Shown here one piece after another: positions 30,147 through 40,097 of a DNA stretch of 64,000 bases. The DNA is taken from assembly GCA_037447435.1 (NCBI GenBank), contig JBBIGR010000010.1:51951-115950 (forward strand). The letters are read 5' to 3'. Every line of letters starts with the position of its first letter. Within the stretch, counting starts at the first letter, position 1. Under the pieces are notes generated by a model that did no database searches, was not told where the DNA came from, and was given only the letters and a program-made list of their open reading frames with translations. Made by a program: the position numbers and the translations under genes. This DNA is from Fibrobacteria bacterium (GTDB lineage: Bacteria; Fibrobacterota; Chitinivibrionia; Chitinivibrionales; FEN-1185).

Positions 30147-31360
30147 TAGATCATTTGTCCGGCAAACGTTTCGATTATCGAGGTATAAAACTCGATGGTG
30201 TTTTTTGCAATCAAGGCCGGGTCATGATTTTCCTTGATATAGTTATAGGCCGTATTGGCATACGACATCCCTTTATCGGGAGTTTCCAGGTATTTTCGGA
30301 TGCAGGATGAAATGCCGTTTTCATCGCCGATATCGAATAAAAGCCCGTTTTCACCGTTGGAAATGAGTTCCGCGATACCGCTGGTATTTGCAGCAACCAC
30401 CGGAGTGTGGGAAGCCATAGCTTCAAGCAAGGCATACGGAGCGTTTTCAAACAAAGAGGGCATGAGGAATATATCCGATTGCCGGTATAAAACCGGCAAA
30501 TCACCTCGCTTTGTCGGCCCTAAAAACCAAATCCTATGTCGCTCTTCTTCCGTCAATTTACGTTCAATCGGATTTCTGAAATTTCCCGCATCGCCCATAT
30601 CGAGCTCTCCGGCAAAAGTAAGGTTTATCAAAGGAGAAATGTTCAAAATCCGTTCAATATTTCCGAGCATGATTTCACCGCCTTTTCTTCTTTCAAGGCG
30701 GCCCGTGAACAGGATGTCGACCGAAGATTTTGTCAAAGCCGAACGCTTAACGGCCTCGTATGGCGCCGTATCGAGGGGATGGCCGATGACCCGCACTTTA
30801 TCCGGACCGATGCCGTATCGTTTGCAAACCATGGTCTTCAATGCGTTGCTGGGGCATCTGAAACCGGCGGCTTTTTTCAAGGCTTTTTCCTCAAAAGCAT
30901 ACCATCTTTTTTGTTTACCGGTGATTTTTTTCTGATTGAATAAATCGACCATTTCCGTCGGAGTATGAAAATGAATTATTACGGGGAACGGCATAGGTTG
31001 CGAAAACTCATACGCCAGGCCGTTATAATCCGCAATTTCAACAATATCGACCGGAGACGTTTTATGTATTTCCAAAACCGCATGTTTGGCTGCCAGGGAA
31101 TACCCGCGTTCCCAAACGATTTCATTCATTAACAGACGGTCGAGCCAGGTTGCAAAACGTGGAACAGGTTCATGAGTAAATGTATGAAACCTAACGGCAT
31201 CATGTAAAGCGTCCGGGACGGTATTGTGCTTGGCCAAAACATGAACCGAATGTCCCGCGTCTGCAAGCGCATTTGCCATGCAATACGTATACGTCGCTAT
31301 ACCGCCGTGGTCTAAAAATGATCGGGATGGAAATTCAGGATTTATCAAAACGATATTCAT
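30146..31360 (-). CDS. Glycosyltransferase family 4
   Basis: GGIATY, GRLERRKG, PSLFENAPYALLEAMA. Confidence 0.92.
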   Translation of the reverse strand: MNIVLINPEFPSRSFLDHGGIATYTYCMANALADAGHSVHVLAKHNTVPDALHDAVRFHTFTHEPVPRFATWLDRLLMNEIVWERGYSLAAKHAVLEIHKTSPVDIVEIADYNGLAYEFSQPMPFPVIIHFHTPTEMVDLFNQKKITGKQKRWYAFEEKALKKAAGFRCPSNALKTMVCKRYGIGPDKVRVIGHPLDTAPYEAVKRSALTKSSVDILFTGRLERRKGGEIMLGNIERILNISPLINLTFAGELDMGDAGNFRNPIERKLTEEERHRIWFLGPTKRGDLPVLYRQSDIFLMPSLFENAPYALLEAMASHTPVVAANTSGIAELISNGENGLLFDIGDENGISSCIRKYLETPDKGMSYANTAYNYIKENHDPALIAKNTIEFYTSIIETFAGQMI

Positions 31361-31533
31361 AATTTGTTTATGGCAATATTTGGTTGAAGATAAAAAAACG
31401 CTATTTTCGCACTTTGCAATTAAAAAACGGATTCGGAAAACGTACCGATTTTATTATATCGTTCGGGGTTGTTAAAATACAGGGTAAAAACAAAAAAGTA
31501 GGCATCAAATAATTGTTCTTTGTTGCGGGCAGT

Positions 31534-32565
31534 TCAGGACAATACGATAGGAATACGGGTTTTACATCGAACACATGATGCAATCCCGCTTTCCCGAGAA
31601 ATTGCTAAATTGGAATCTGATGTAACCGAATAGCCGTCGCGACGTATGAGTATTGCTTTGCAGTTATGACAATAGGTTTCGCTCTCCGATTGCCCCGGCA
31701 CATTGCCGATGTACACATAGTGCAATTGCGATTCCGCTATTTTTTTCGCCATGGCTAAAGAATCGAAAGAAGTCGGCGGAACTTGCAATTTGTAGCGGGG
31801 AAAATATCTCGAAAAATGAAGCGGCGTATCTTTCCCGAGGTTTTGCGCTATGAATTCCGTAAGGCGATGTATTTCTTCCTCAGTATCGTTTTCACCGGGA
31901 ATGAGTAATGTCGTGATTTCAAGATGACATTTTTTTTTAGCGCGTATGCATGTTTGCAGAACCGGATCCAACGATCCTTTGCATAAACGATGATAAAATT
32001 CGGGGTTCATTGATTTAATATCGATATTCATTGCATCGACATACTCAAGTAATTGTTCGAGTGGTTTATCTTCCATAAAACCGTTCGTAACCATGACATT
32101 TTTAAGCCCTCGGGATTTTATTCGGGGAGCGATGTCCATGATGGATTCGAACCAGGTGTAGGGTTCCGAGTAGGTGTAGGCTATGCCGATGCTGCCGCTT
32201 TCTGCCGTCTCGTCGACAATCGATTCTATCGTATGTTCTCTGCCGGTAATTAAGTGCTGCGAAATATCGCAGTTTTGACAAAACGAACACTTAAAAGTAC
32301 AACCGCTCGGACCAAGCGAGTAAATCGTTGATCCGGGGTAAAAATGGAACAACGGTTTTTTTTCAATGGGATCAACGGCAATTGAAACAGGACGTAAATA
32401 GGTAAGAGCGTAAAGCTTGCCGCCGATGTTTTTCCGTGCAAGGCAAATTCCGGATTTTCCGTCTGTCAAAATGCAGTGATGCGGGCACAAATCGCAACGG
32501 AGCTTTTTTCCGTTGTGAGAAAGTACCGTATAATATGACGCTTCATGAAACTGCTGGGGCTCCAT
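31534..32565 (-). CDS. amrS: AmmeMemoRadiSam system radical SAM enzyme
   Basis: CDLCPHHC, DPIEKKPLFHFYPG, CTFKCSFCQN, IAYTYSEP, PLHFSRYFP. Confidence 0.9.
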   Translation of the reverse strand: MEPQQFHEASYYTVLSHNGKKLRCDLCPHHCILTDGKSGICLARKNIGGKLYALTYLRPVSIAVDPIEKKPLFHFYPGSTIYSLGPSGCTFKCSFCQNCDISQHLITGREHTIESIVDETAESGSIGIAYTYSEPYTWFESIMDIAPRIKSRGLKNVMVTNGFMEDKPLEQLLEYVDAMNIDIKSMNPEFYHRLCKGSLDPVLQTCIRAKKKCHLEITTLLIPGENDTEEEIHRLTEFIAQNLGKDTPLHFSRYFPRYKLQVPPTSFDSLAMAKKIAESQLHYVYIGNVPGQSESETYCHNCKAILIRRDGYSVTSDSNLAISRESGIASCVRCKTRIPIVLS

Positions 32566-33226
32566 ATTTTGTCCTCACGCCGATGCGTTTACAATAGGAA
32601 AAAATCGGGCATCGATCGCAGTGCGGGTTGATCGGCAAACAGGTATGCTGCCCGAATGATACAAAATATGAATTAAACATTCGCCAAAGGTCAACAGGTA
32701 AAATTTCGCGCAAACGCATTTCGGTTTCAAAAGGAGTTTTCGTTTCAACATATCCCAAACGGTTACTGATCCGATGCACATGGATATCGACGCAAATGGC
32801 CGGCAAGCCAAAAGCGATGGCGACAACCAGATTTGCGGTTTTTCTTCCAACGCCCGGCAATAGAATCAATTCTTCGACGGTATGCGGGATTTTGCCATTA
32901 AATAAATCCTTAAGCGACTGCGGCAATTGCTTAAGCATCCGTGCTTTGTTATGGTAAAAGCCGACGGGGAATATCAGTTTTTCAAGGGTTTTCACATCGA
33001 TAGCTTCGAGGTCTTGTATTGTTTCCACTCGTGAAAACAATCGCTTTGCAGCCTGGGAGGTTGTTTCATCTTTTGTGCGTGCGCTCAGGATTGTCGTCAC
33101 AAGGACTTTAAAAGGATCCTTTGTTTGGACCTCGATTATGTCAACGACAGGCATTCTGTATTTAGAAAATTCCTTGGATAAAATGCTGCAAATTTTGCTG
33201 ATGTGCGTATTGGTTTTATTGTTCAT
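32543..33226 (-). CDS. nth: Endonuclease III
   Basis: PFKVLVTTILSART, HhH motif LPGVGRKTANLV, VDIHVHR, FeS motif C-x6-C-x2-C-x5-C. Confidence 0.93.
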   Translation of the reverse strand: MNNKTNTHISKICSILSKEFSKYRMPVVDIIEVQTKDPFKVLVTTILSARTKDETTSQAAKRLFSRVETIQDLEAIDVKTLEKLIFPVGFYHNKARMLKQLPQSLKDLFNGKIPHTVEELILLPGVGRKTANLVVAIAFGLPAICVDIHVHRISNRLGYVETKTPFETEMRLREILPVDLWRMFNSYFVSFGQHTCLPINPHCDRCPIFSYCKRIGVRTKYGAPAVS

Positions 33227-33249
33227 AGCAGGCTGGGAAATAAAGAGAT

Positions 33250-34605
33250 TTAAAAGCCGTCCATCATATTTGAATTTGTCAAATAATTCGAGGGAAGTGC
33301 CTTTGAAATTGAAACAGTATTGTTTACCAATAAGTTTTCTTGTATCGGTTTTGTTTTAATGATCAATTTGCCCAAAGGATCGGTAATAATGCTTACGATC
33401 GGTTTTGCAAAATGTTCTTTGTTTGCCTGAACGACTTTACCGATCCTGCCGTCGCTGAGCATGACCAAACTTCCGACAGGATATAATGAGCTGTACTCTA
33501 AAAAAGCCTTTACGTATTCACCGGGAATTAATCCGGTTTTCGACATTTTTATGAGCCGTAACGCCCCTTCATGAGGGATAAAGGCTTCACGATGACTTCT
33601 CGGTGATGTAAGTGCCTCAAAAACATCGGCGATTTGCGTTAGTTTAGCGAAACGATGGATGAGCAGACTGCTTCTTTGCTTTGGATATCCTGTTGCATTT
33701 TCACGTTCATGGACCTGATAAGCGACAAAGGGGATGCCTTCCGGCAGCCTGACGATTTTTTCAAGAAGGTGAAGCCCTAAAATCGGATGTTTCTGAATTT
33801 CGAACCATTCATGATTGTTAAGTCTGCCGTCTTTTGTTCTTAATTCAAAAGGGAGCAGCAGCATTCCGATGTCATGCAATAGTGCACCCATTCCGATTTC
33901 GATGATTTGTTTTTCATTGTATCCGCTTGATGCAGCGATATTTATGGCCAGTAAACAGACATTCAAGGAATGACTATAAATGTATTCCTTGCCATGCGGT
34001 TTCGCACCAGACAAATTGAGTAAAATATTTCGGTCGGTAATGAAAATTTTGACAAATCGTTCAACGATATTCCGGATGGATGTTCCATCGGTCGTACCGC
34101 CGAAGGCGAGTTGGTTTAAAACGGTCTCGACATCTTTGAGCGCCGTCGTATACGAGGTGGAAACATTGGTTTTATACTCATCGGTACGCTGTTCAACGGT
34201 GAGTTGCGTCAGTTTGTTTTTCAAGGCAGGACCAAGAGGACGGTCGGCCGATTTTCCGAGTTGTTTGTCAAGAGCCAGGGCTTGTTCGGAAATCAAAAGC
34301 TTTTGCAACGGCATGGTATTGATCGTGGGTCTTCGTATCGGCGGCGGGGTAATATTTTCTATCTGTTCGTCTATATCGACGTCTCCGAGGGATTTGAATT
34401 CTTTTGTCAATAACGAGCTAAGTTCTTCATCTTCCGAAGAAGGTTTAATGAAAAGTTCGAAAATGTTCCTTCGTGCAAATGTGTCAAGATGGCTTTGCGA
34501 TATCGATAGGCCTTTAGAAATAAGCAAATCGCCTTTTTCCGAATAATAATTACACCGTGCAGTTGTACCGACCGCAAGGGATTTTACAGTTACAGCATTC
34601 ATCAT
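33250..34605 (-). CDS. HD-GYP domain protein
   Basis: HSLNV, LLHDIG, HERENATGYP, ADVFEAL, YPVGSLVMLSDGRIG. Confidence 0.88.
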   Translation of the reverse strand: MMNAVTVKSLAVGTTARCNYYSEKGDLLISKGLSISQSHLDTFARRNIFELFIKPSSEDEELSSLLTKEFKSLGDVDIDEQIENITPPPIRRPTINTMPLQKLLISEQALALDKQLGKSADRPLGPALKNKLTQLTVEQRTDEYKTNVSTSYTTALKDVETVLNQLAFGGTTDGTSIRNIVERFVKIFITDRNILLNLSGAKPHGKEYIYSHSLNVCLLAINIAASSGYNEKQIIEIGMGALLHDIGMLLLPFELRTKDGRLNNHEWFEIQKHPILGLHLLEKIVRLPEGIPFVAYQVHERENATGYPKQRSSLLIHRFAKLTQIADVFEALTSPRSHREAFIPHEGALRLIKMSKTGLIPGEYVKAFLEYSSLYPVGSLVMLSDGRIGKVVQANKEHFAKPIVSIITDPLGKLIIKTKPIQENLLVNNTVSISKALPSNYLTNSNMMDGF

Positions 34606-34698
34606 AGTTGGTTTAGTCTGATTGTTGTTGTTCGGAACAAACGCGCTTCGTAATTATTATAGTTTGTTTCAATCATTCATTGCAACGCTTTATCTGCT

Positions 34699-35418
34699 TT
34701 AAAGCGTTTCGGGATTTGGATTGTTACTGCTATCGCCTAAAAGTACCGTGCGGCTCGCCGGACCGCAATTAAATATCAAATCGACTGTAGACAAGTCGGG
34801 AATAAAATCCTGGGGCGTTTTTGCCCAATGCTGGGTATAAACCGGGGGAGTGTTGTCGATAAGACGTATTTCAATTCCCGCCTTTTCGAAAAGCTCTTTG
34901 TCGAGAAACCCTTGTTCGTATGGATCTGCAAAATAGGTTTTAGCCCTAAAGTGTTTGCAAATATTAACGAGGCGTTCGGAACCCGTACCCTTAAAATTAT
35001 AGTCCGATGTTTTGAAAATTTCCGGTTTTATACCTAATATTTCTGCTAATAAAATAACCGAATCCATGTTTATCCGGTCGATAGTACTGCAAGGAACGCA
35101 AAATAATTCAGCGAATAACGGGATATATTGTTTGTAAAATTTGGTTGCTCCATAGCAGGCCTCGAGAGAATGCAAGTGGTCGTGTTGCCATTGAGCGCCG
35201 AAGTCTATTTGCACTTCGTTAATTTTCTGAGGGAACGAATAAAAATTCGGTATGCTGAGCCACTGAAAACCGTTTGCGTTTCGAATTCTGTTACGATGCT
35301 GCCAGTCATTTTTTTCAAATTGGACATCATTCAGAAAAACAAAGCAATCAACTTGGGCCATTTTAATAAAGTACCACGGCGAAGGCAGATAATACGGCTG
35401 TTGTATTGCAATTTTCAT
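34699..35418 (-). CDS. WbqC family protein
   Basis: AIQQPYYLP, DVQFEKNDWQHRNRI, DFIPDLSTVDLIFNCG. Confidence 0.9.
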   Translation of the reverse strand: MKIAIQQPYYLPSPWYFIKMAQVDCFVFLNDVQFEKNDWQHRNRIRNANGFQWLSIPNFYSFPQKINEVQIDFGAQWQHDHLHSLEACYGATKFYKQYIPLFAELFCVPCSTIDRINMDSVILLAEILGIKPEIFKTSDYNFKGTGSERLVNICKHFRAKTYFADPYEQGFLDKELFEKAGIEIRLIDNTPPVYTQHWAKTPQDFIPDLSTVDLIFNCGPASRTVLLGDSSNNPNPETL

Positions 35419-35603
35419 TTTTTAACACTCAATGTAACAATTAAAGAGTAAAATTTTCAATTCCGTGCATGGCTACCGGAAGTTCTTTTGGTGATTATAT
35501 CTGCGCGTTTCGCATATATAGCTACTAAACCATTGCCTTTTATAATAATAAAAAAATATATTTGATGCGTCTTATACTTGGCAGCTCATTAGGATTATCA
35601 ATA

Positions 35604-37028
35604 ATGGTTTTTTCGTCACCGATATTTATTTTCGGCTTTTTTCCGGTATTCTTCCTCTTATACTTCATAACTCCGTCCAAATATAAAAACCTTACGGCAT
35701 TATCGGGAAGCATTGTCTACTATTTTTGGGGTGCCCCGATGTTTGTTTTTGTCATTGCAGCTTCTCTTGTTTTAGACTGGACCTTGGGCAACGGCATTTA
35801 CAAAAATCCCCGTAAAGGTACGCGCAAATTGTTTCTCACCAGTGCCATTATTTCAAATGTCGGCATGCTCGCTTATTTCAAATATTCCAATTTTTTTGTG
35901 GAAAATGCATTCCATGCAATGGATTCGCTTGGGATGCATCATGGCACTTGGGCCACGGTTGCGTTGCCGATCGGCATTTCTTTCGTCGTTTTCGAAAAAA
36001 TCACTTACTTGGTTGATATTTATAGAAGAGAGTCGGCGCCAGCTCAAAAACTTGAACATTATTTTCTTTATATTTTCCTGTTTCCCCATTTAGTTGCAGG
36101 CCCCATTATTCAATATCATGATCTAGCTCCCAAATTATTATACCGAGTACACGATTACGCAGGATTTAAGCAGGGAATGTTCCGCTTTTCAAAAGGACTC
36201 ATTAAAAAGGTTTGGATAGCAGATCTTGTCGCAACCGCGGCCGATTCCGTATTTGCATTTCCCCCTTCGCAAATGTCTCTTTCGACGGCGTGGCTCGGAA
36301 TCATTGCATATTCATTGCAAATATATTTTGATTTTTCAGGGTATGCCGATATGGCCATCGGTATGATGCGGTTGATGGGCTTTACAATACCGGAAAACTT
36401 CGATACGCCGTATATTTCCCAAAGCATTACCGAATTTTGGCGTCGATGGCATATGTCGCTTGGGCGATGGATGAAAGCGTATTTGTATATTCCCCTGGGT
36501 GGGAACCGGGTTTCACTTTTCCATTCGTATATTAATCTTGTCATTGTTTTTACTATCAGCGGAATTTGGCATGGTGCGAATTGGACCTTTTTAATTTGGG
36601 GAATTTATCACGGCTGTTTTCTGGTTTTAGACCGGTTGGCTTGGTTGAAAATCTCAAAAAAAATTCCTTCATGGATTTGTATCATTGCAACTTTTGTCAC
36701 CGTAAGTTTGGGATGGGTTTTATTCCGGTCACCGACATTGAGTTACGCCGTTGGGTTTTATTCGACGATGTTCGATCTGCACCGGATTGCTGTTTTTCAC
36801 CCTGAAGCAGCTTTAATCATAAGACCGCAGATCTGGTTCGCCTTTTTTGTCGGCATACTTGTTGTTTTGTATCCGTTATATAAGATTTGGCTGATTAAAT
36901 CGTTTGAACACTTGGCTAGCCGGATGAACGGTTTTTCCTATGAATATGCAACGCTCATTTTCTTATTACTTGCCTTGTCCCGAGTCGCAGTTTCTCAATT
37001 TAGTCCGTTTATTTACTTTCGGTTTTAA
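35604..37028 (+). CDS. MBOAT family polysaccharide O-acetyltransferase (AlgI/PatA type)
   Basis: MVFSS start, LPIGISF, FPHLVAGPI, QIYFDFSGY, EFWRRWHMSL, SGIWHGA, FIYFRF. Confidence 0.93.
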   Translation: MVFSSPIFIFGFFPVFFLLYFITPSKYKNLTALSGSIVYYFWGAPMFVFVIAASLVLDWTLGNGIYKNPRKGTRKLFLTSAIISNVGMLAYFKYSNFFVENAFHAMDSLGMHHGTWATVALPIGISFVVFEKITYLVDIYRRESAPAQKLEHYFLYIFLFPHLVAGPIIQYHDLAPKLLYRVHDYAGFKQGMFRFSKGLIKKVWIADLVATAADSVFAFPPSQMSLSTAWLGIIAYSLQIYFDFSGYADMAIGMMRLMGFTIPENFDTPYISQSITEFWRRWHMSLGRWMKAYLYIPLGGNRVSLFHSYINLVIVFTISGIWHGANWTFLIWGIYHGCFLVLDRLAWLKISKKIPSWICIIATFVTVSLGWVLFRSPTLSYAVGFYSTMFDLHRIAVFHPEAALIIRPQIWFAFFVGILVVLYPLYKIWLIKSFEHLASRMNGFSYEYATLIFLLLALSRVAVSQFSPFIYFRF

Positions 37029-37039
37029 TAGGAATTATC

Positions 37040-38236
37040 ATGAAAACGCCAAGAAAATTGTATTTTGTTCTCCTTGCGATTTTCTTTGTGTTACCGCTCA
37101 TACAAATGCAGTGTAGAATAATTCCTATGCCTTCGCTCAAGGGTGTGCAACGTCCGTTGGAAATTCCGCCCATATCCATTCACTCGGTTTCAAGAGGCGA
37201 ATTTCAAAAGGCGATCGAATCGTGGTTTGCACGGAATTTCGGATTGCGGGAATTATGGATTCGCTTTCACAATCAATTATTGTATTCTTTTCTTAGAACA
37301 ACGCCGCTCGAAAGTACAATCGATGTCGGAAAGGGGCGGCAACTTTTCGAAAAAAATTATTGTGAATATTATTTGGGTATGACAAAACCCGATATCGACA
37401 GTCTTCCGTTCTATATAAAGCGCCTGCAACACTTACAAAAACTGCTCGAAGCCAGAAACATTCCCTTAATCATGTGCTTTTCTCCGAGTAAAGCAGCGAT
37501 GTATCCTCAGGATATTCCGGCTTGTTACGAGGCTCAACGCCGGGAAACGAGCACCGGATATCAGCAAATGCTGGAGTTGTTGCAAAAAAATAAAATACCG
37601 TATGTCGACGGTCCGGGACTGTTAAATGCGGGCAAAAAGGATGTTTCCGCTCCCTTAATGGCGCGGTGTTCCAGCCATTGGAACAATTACGGGGCGTTTT
37701 ACAGTTGCGATAGATTCATAACGGTTGCGGAAAGTTTGACCAATTCATCCCTGGGACATCCGATTATTAAAAACGTAATCATAAACCACATTCCTCCAAG
37801 CTACGACAGGGAATTGGCAGATCTCATGAATGTCATATGGGTGCCGTGGGATTATCGCATCATTCATACGACGTTTGGCAATTCCGATTCGACGGGAGTA
37901 AAGCATAAACCGAGACTTTTAATCGAGGGCGGCAGTTTTAACTGGGCATGGCTGGATGTCATGTTTTCAAGTAAATGCATTACAAGCGCCGATTTCTATT
38001 ATTACTATTCAAAATCCTATGGCCAGCATTTTTTCCATGATTCATTGCATGATAATATTAAATTGGATCCTAAAATCGACTGGGCTAAAGCGGTGTCGGA
38101 TATTGATATTGTAGTCATAGAAATCAATCAAAGCCTCATGCATATGTTTCCCAAGGAATTTGTTGAAGAATTTACCAATTACCTCGAAGAAAATCAAAAC
38201 CCGATGAATGGGAAATCATCTCGGTTGCAAGGATAG
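37040..38236 (+). CDS. AlgX/AlgJ-like SGNH O-acetyltransferase partner
   Basis: Follows the MBOAT gene; N-terminal anchor; FGLRE, PSKAAMYP, SHWN, GGSF. Confidence 0.72.
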   Translation: MKTPRKLYFVLLAIFFVLPLIQMQCRIIPMPSLKGVQRPLEIPPISIHSVSRGEFQKAIESWFARNFGLRELWIRFHNQLLYSFLRTTPLESTIDVGKGRQLFEKNYCEYYLGMTKPDIDSLPFYIKRLQHLQKLLEARNIPLIMCFSPSKAAMYPQDIPACYEAQRRETSTGYQQMLELLQKNKIPYVDGPGLLNAGKKDVSAPLMARCSSHWNNYGAFYSCDRFITVAESLTNSSLGHPIIKNVIINHIPPSYDRELADLMNVIWVPWDYRIIHTTFGNSDSTGVKHKPRLLIEGGSFNWAWLDVMFSSKCITSADFYYYYSKSYGQHFFHDSLHDNIKLDPKIDWAKAVSDIDIVVIEINQSLMHMFPKEFVEEFTNYLEENQNPMNGKSSRLQG

Positions 38237-38378
38237 GGGCACTGTCCGGATTATTATTTTGTTTTTTTCACGAATAAGCATTATTTTTTTATTCGGTACA
38301 TACATCGATCCATACGCATGTCGCTCGTTTTGAAACGTTTCATAATTCCACTATTAACCTACAATAAGGGAGGAATTG

Positions 38379-38930
38379 ATGTCTCTGAAAAAGATTCTTG
38401 CAATTGGTTTGTTGGCATTGACAATCGGCGGTTGCGGTGCGGAATACATGAAAAAACAGGACACCTCTCCGCAAATTTCGGCAGATCCTGCAAAAGCGAC
38501 ATTGGTGATTTATCGGAGTACTTCGTACGGTTGGGCAAAGGAAATTTATAATTACATCGATAAAACCTTTATCGGTGCCACAAAAGGCAAATGCTATTTC
38601 GTCTCAAAACTTGAACCCGGCGATCATTACCTTATTGCCGATGCCGAAAATAAGGCCTGCGCAAAAATAAACGTCGAAGCCGGCAAAGTATATTTTGTCC
38701 AACAGAATATTTTTATGGGAGTAATGTCTGCCAGAACAGGCTTCCAGGGCTCCAACCCCCAAGATTTCGACGGACAAAAGAAAGAATTGACTTATGTAAT
38801 TCTTAATCCCGAGGAAAAGGCGCCGACGCTCGAGGAAAAAGATTATAATGAAACCGTCAAAGATTTTGAAAAAGAAAACAAAGAGGATCCTAAAAAGCAC
38901 GAAGATACGAATAATTTAAAAGGATATTAA
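38379..38930 (+). CDS. Lipoprotein, DUF2846-like
   Basis: SD GGAGG; lipobox-like IGGC; KATLVIYR, YF..KLEPGDH, VEAGKVYFV. Confidence 0.7.
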   Translation: MSLKKILAIGLLALTIGGCGAEYMKKQDTSPQISADPAKATLVIYRSTSYGWAKEIYNYIDKTFIGATKGKCYFVSKLEPGDHYLIADAENKACAKINVEAGKVYFVQQNIFMGVMSARTGFQGSNPQDFDGQKKELTYVILNPEEKAPTLEEKDYNETVKDFEKENKEDPKKHEDTNNLKGY

Positions 38931-38941
38931 TTTCCAAGAGA

Positions 38942-38975
38942 GAGCCGTGACCCCGTAGTCGGAAGGGCACGGCTC
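38942..38975. other. GC-rich intergenic hairpin
   Basis: GAGCCGTG-A-CCC / GGG-CACGGCTC; no U-tract. Confidence 0.5.
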
Positions 38976-38983
38976 CACCCATA

Positions 38984-40051
38984 ATGAATAAATCCTTACA
39001 AAATCAAACCAACTCCCGTCTGGATTATGCCGACGCAATCCGTGCCTTTGCCACAATATCGATAGTATTCTTACACGTCGCATCTCCGGTGGTACAGGAC
39101 TTCACGTCATATCCGCGTTCCTGGTGGTGGATCGCCAATGTCGTCTATTCATTTTCGCGTCCGGCAATTGCATTGTTCGTCATGATAAGCGGTATGTTGC
39201 TTTTGTCGCCGTCCAAAGATGAATCTCTTTCGTTTTTTTATAAAAAACGTTTTATGCGGATCGGCGTTCCTTTTTTGTTCTGGGGCATATTGTTTTATTT
39301 TTGGAAAACGCAAGGCCAGCATTTCTCAATTGTAAATCTTGCAAAAGAATTCATTGCCGGGCCGGTTTATTATCATTTATGGTTCATTTATACCATAACC
39401 GGGATATATCTCGTCACTCCGATTTTCCGGATATACACAAAAAACGCTCCGAAGTCGAACCAGGCTTACCTCGTGATTCTCTGGTTTGTCGGGACAGCGA
39501 TATATCCTTTTGTTACGTACTTTACGGGGCTTTCGATCGGAATCCCGATCATGGCTGTCGGGGGATTTTTAGGGGCATTTCTTTTAGGCAATTTTGTGAA
39601 AGAAATTACCTTGCCCCAAAAGCTCGATACATTGTTATGGCCGGTATTTCTCTTGTCCACCTCGGTCACGGCAATGGGGATTTTTATATTATCGAACAAC
39701 AACAAATCTTATAACGGCGTTTTTGCGGATTTTTTATGCCCCAATGTTATTTGTATGGCTATTTGTTTGTTTTTCCTATTCAAAAACATCGATTTCGATG
39801 CTTTAAAAATAAAATCTCCCCTGGCTTTAAAAACTATTATTGCCGTTAGCTCGACAAGTTTCAGCGTTTACATTATTCATATCCCGTTACTTGAAATTTT
39901 CAAGTCTCACATCCCTGGTTTTCACCTCGATGCAACGCTTTTTCATCCGTTACTTGGTATTCCGCTCACTACAATTATAACGCTTTGTATTTGTATTGGA
40001 TTAACGGTACTCCTTAGAAAAATTCCTTTTATGAAATTTGTCTTGCCGTGA
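38984..40051 (+). CDS. Acyltransferase family 3 (WecH/OafA-like O-acetyltransferase)
   Basis: RLDYADAIRA...VFLH, LFVMISG, YYHLWFIY, SFSVYIIH; about 10 TM segments. Confidence 0.88.
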   Translation: MNKSLQNQTNSRLDYADAIRAFATISIVFLHVASPVVQDFTSYPRSWWWIANVVYSFSRPAIALFVMISGMLLLSPSKDESLSFFYKKRFMRIGVPFLFWGILFYFWKTQGQHFSIVNLAKEFIAGPVYYHLWFIYTITGIYLVTPIFRIYTKNAPKSNQAYLVILWFVGTAIYPFVTYFTGLSIGIPIMAVGGFLGAFLLGNFVKEITLPQKLDTLLWPVFLLSTSVTAMGIFILSNNNKSYNGVFADFLCPNVICMAICLFFLFKNIDFDALKIKSPLALKTIIAVSSTSFSVYIIHIPLLEIFKSHIPGFHLDATLFHPLLGIPLTTIITLCICIGLTVLLRKIPFMKFVLP

Positions 40052-40097
40052 GCAGCAGATGGTTTGCAGTGCGGCAAGGAAAATTGCAAAAGGGGAT

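Noticed and set aside
38942..38975. attC site or REP element
   Set aside because: No RYYYAAC/GTTRRRY ends, and no second copy noticed in the window.
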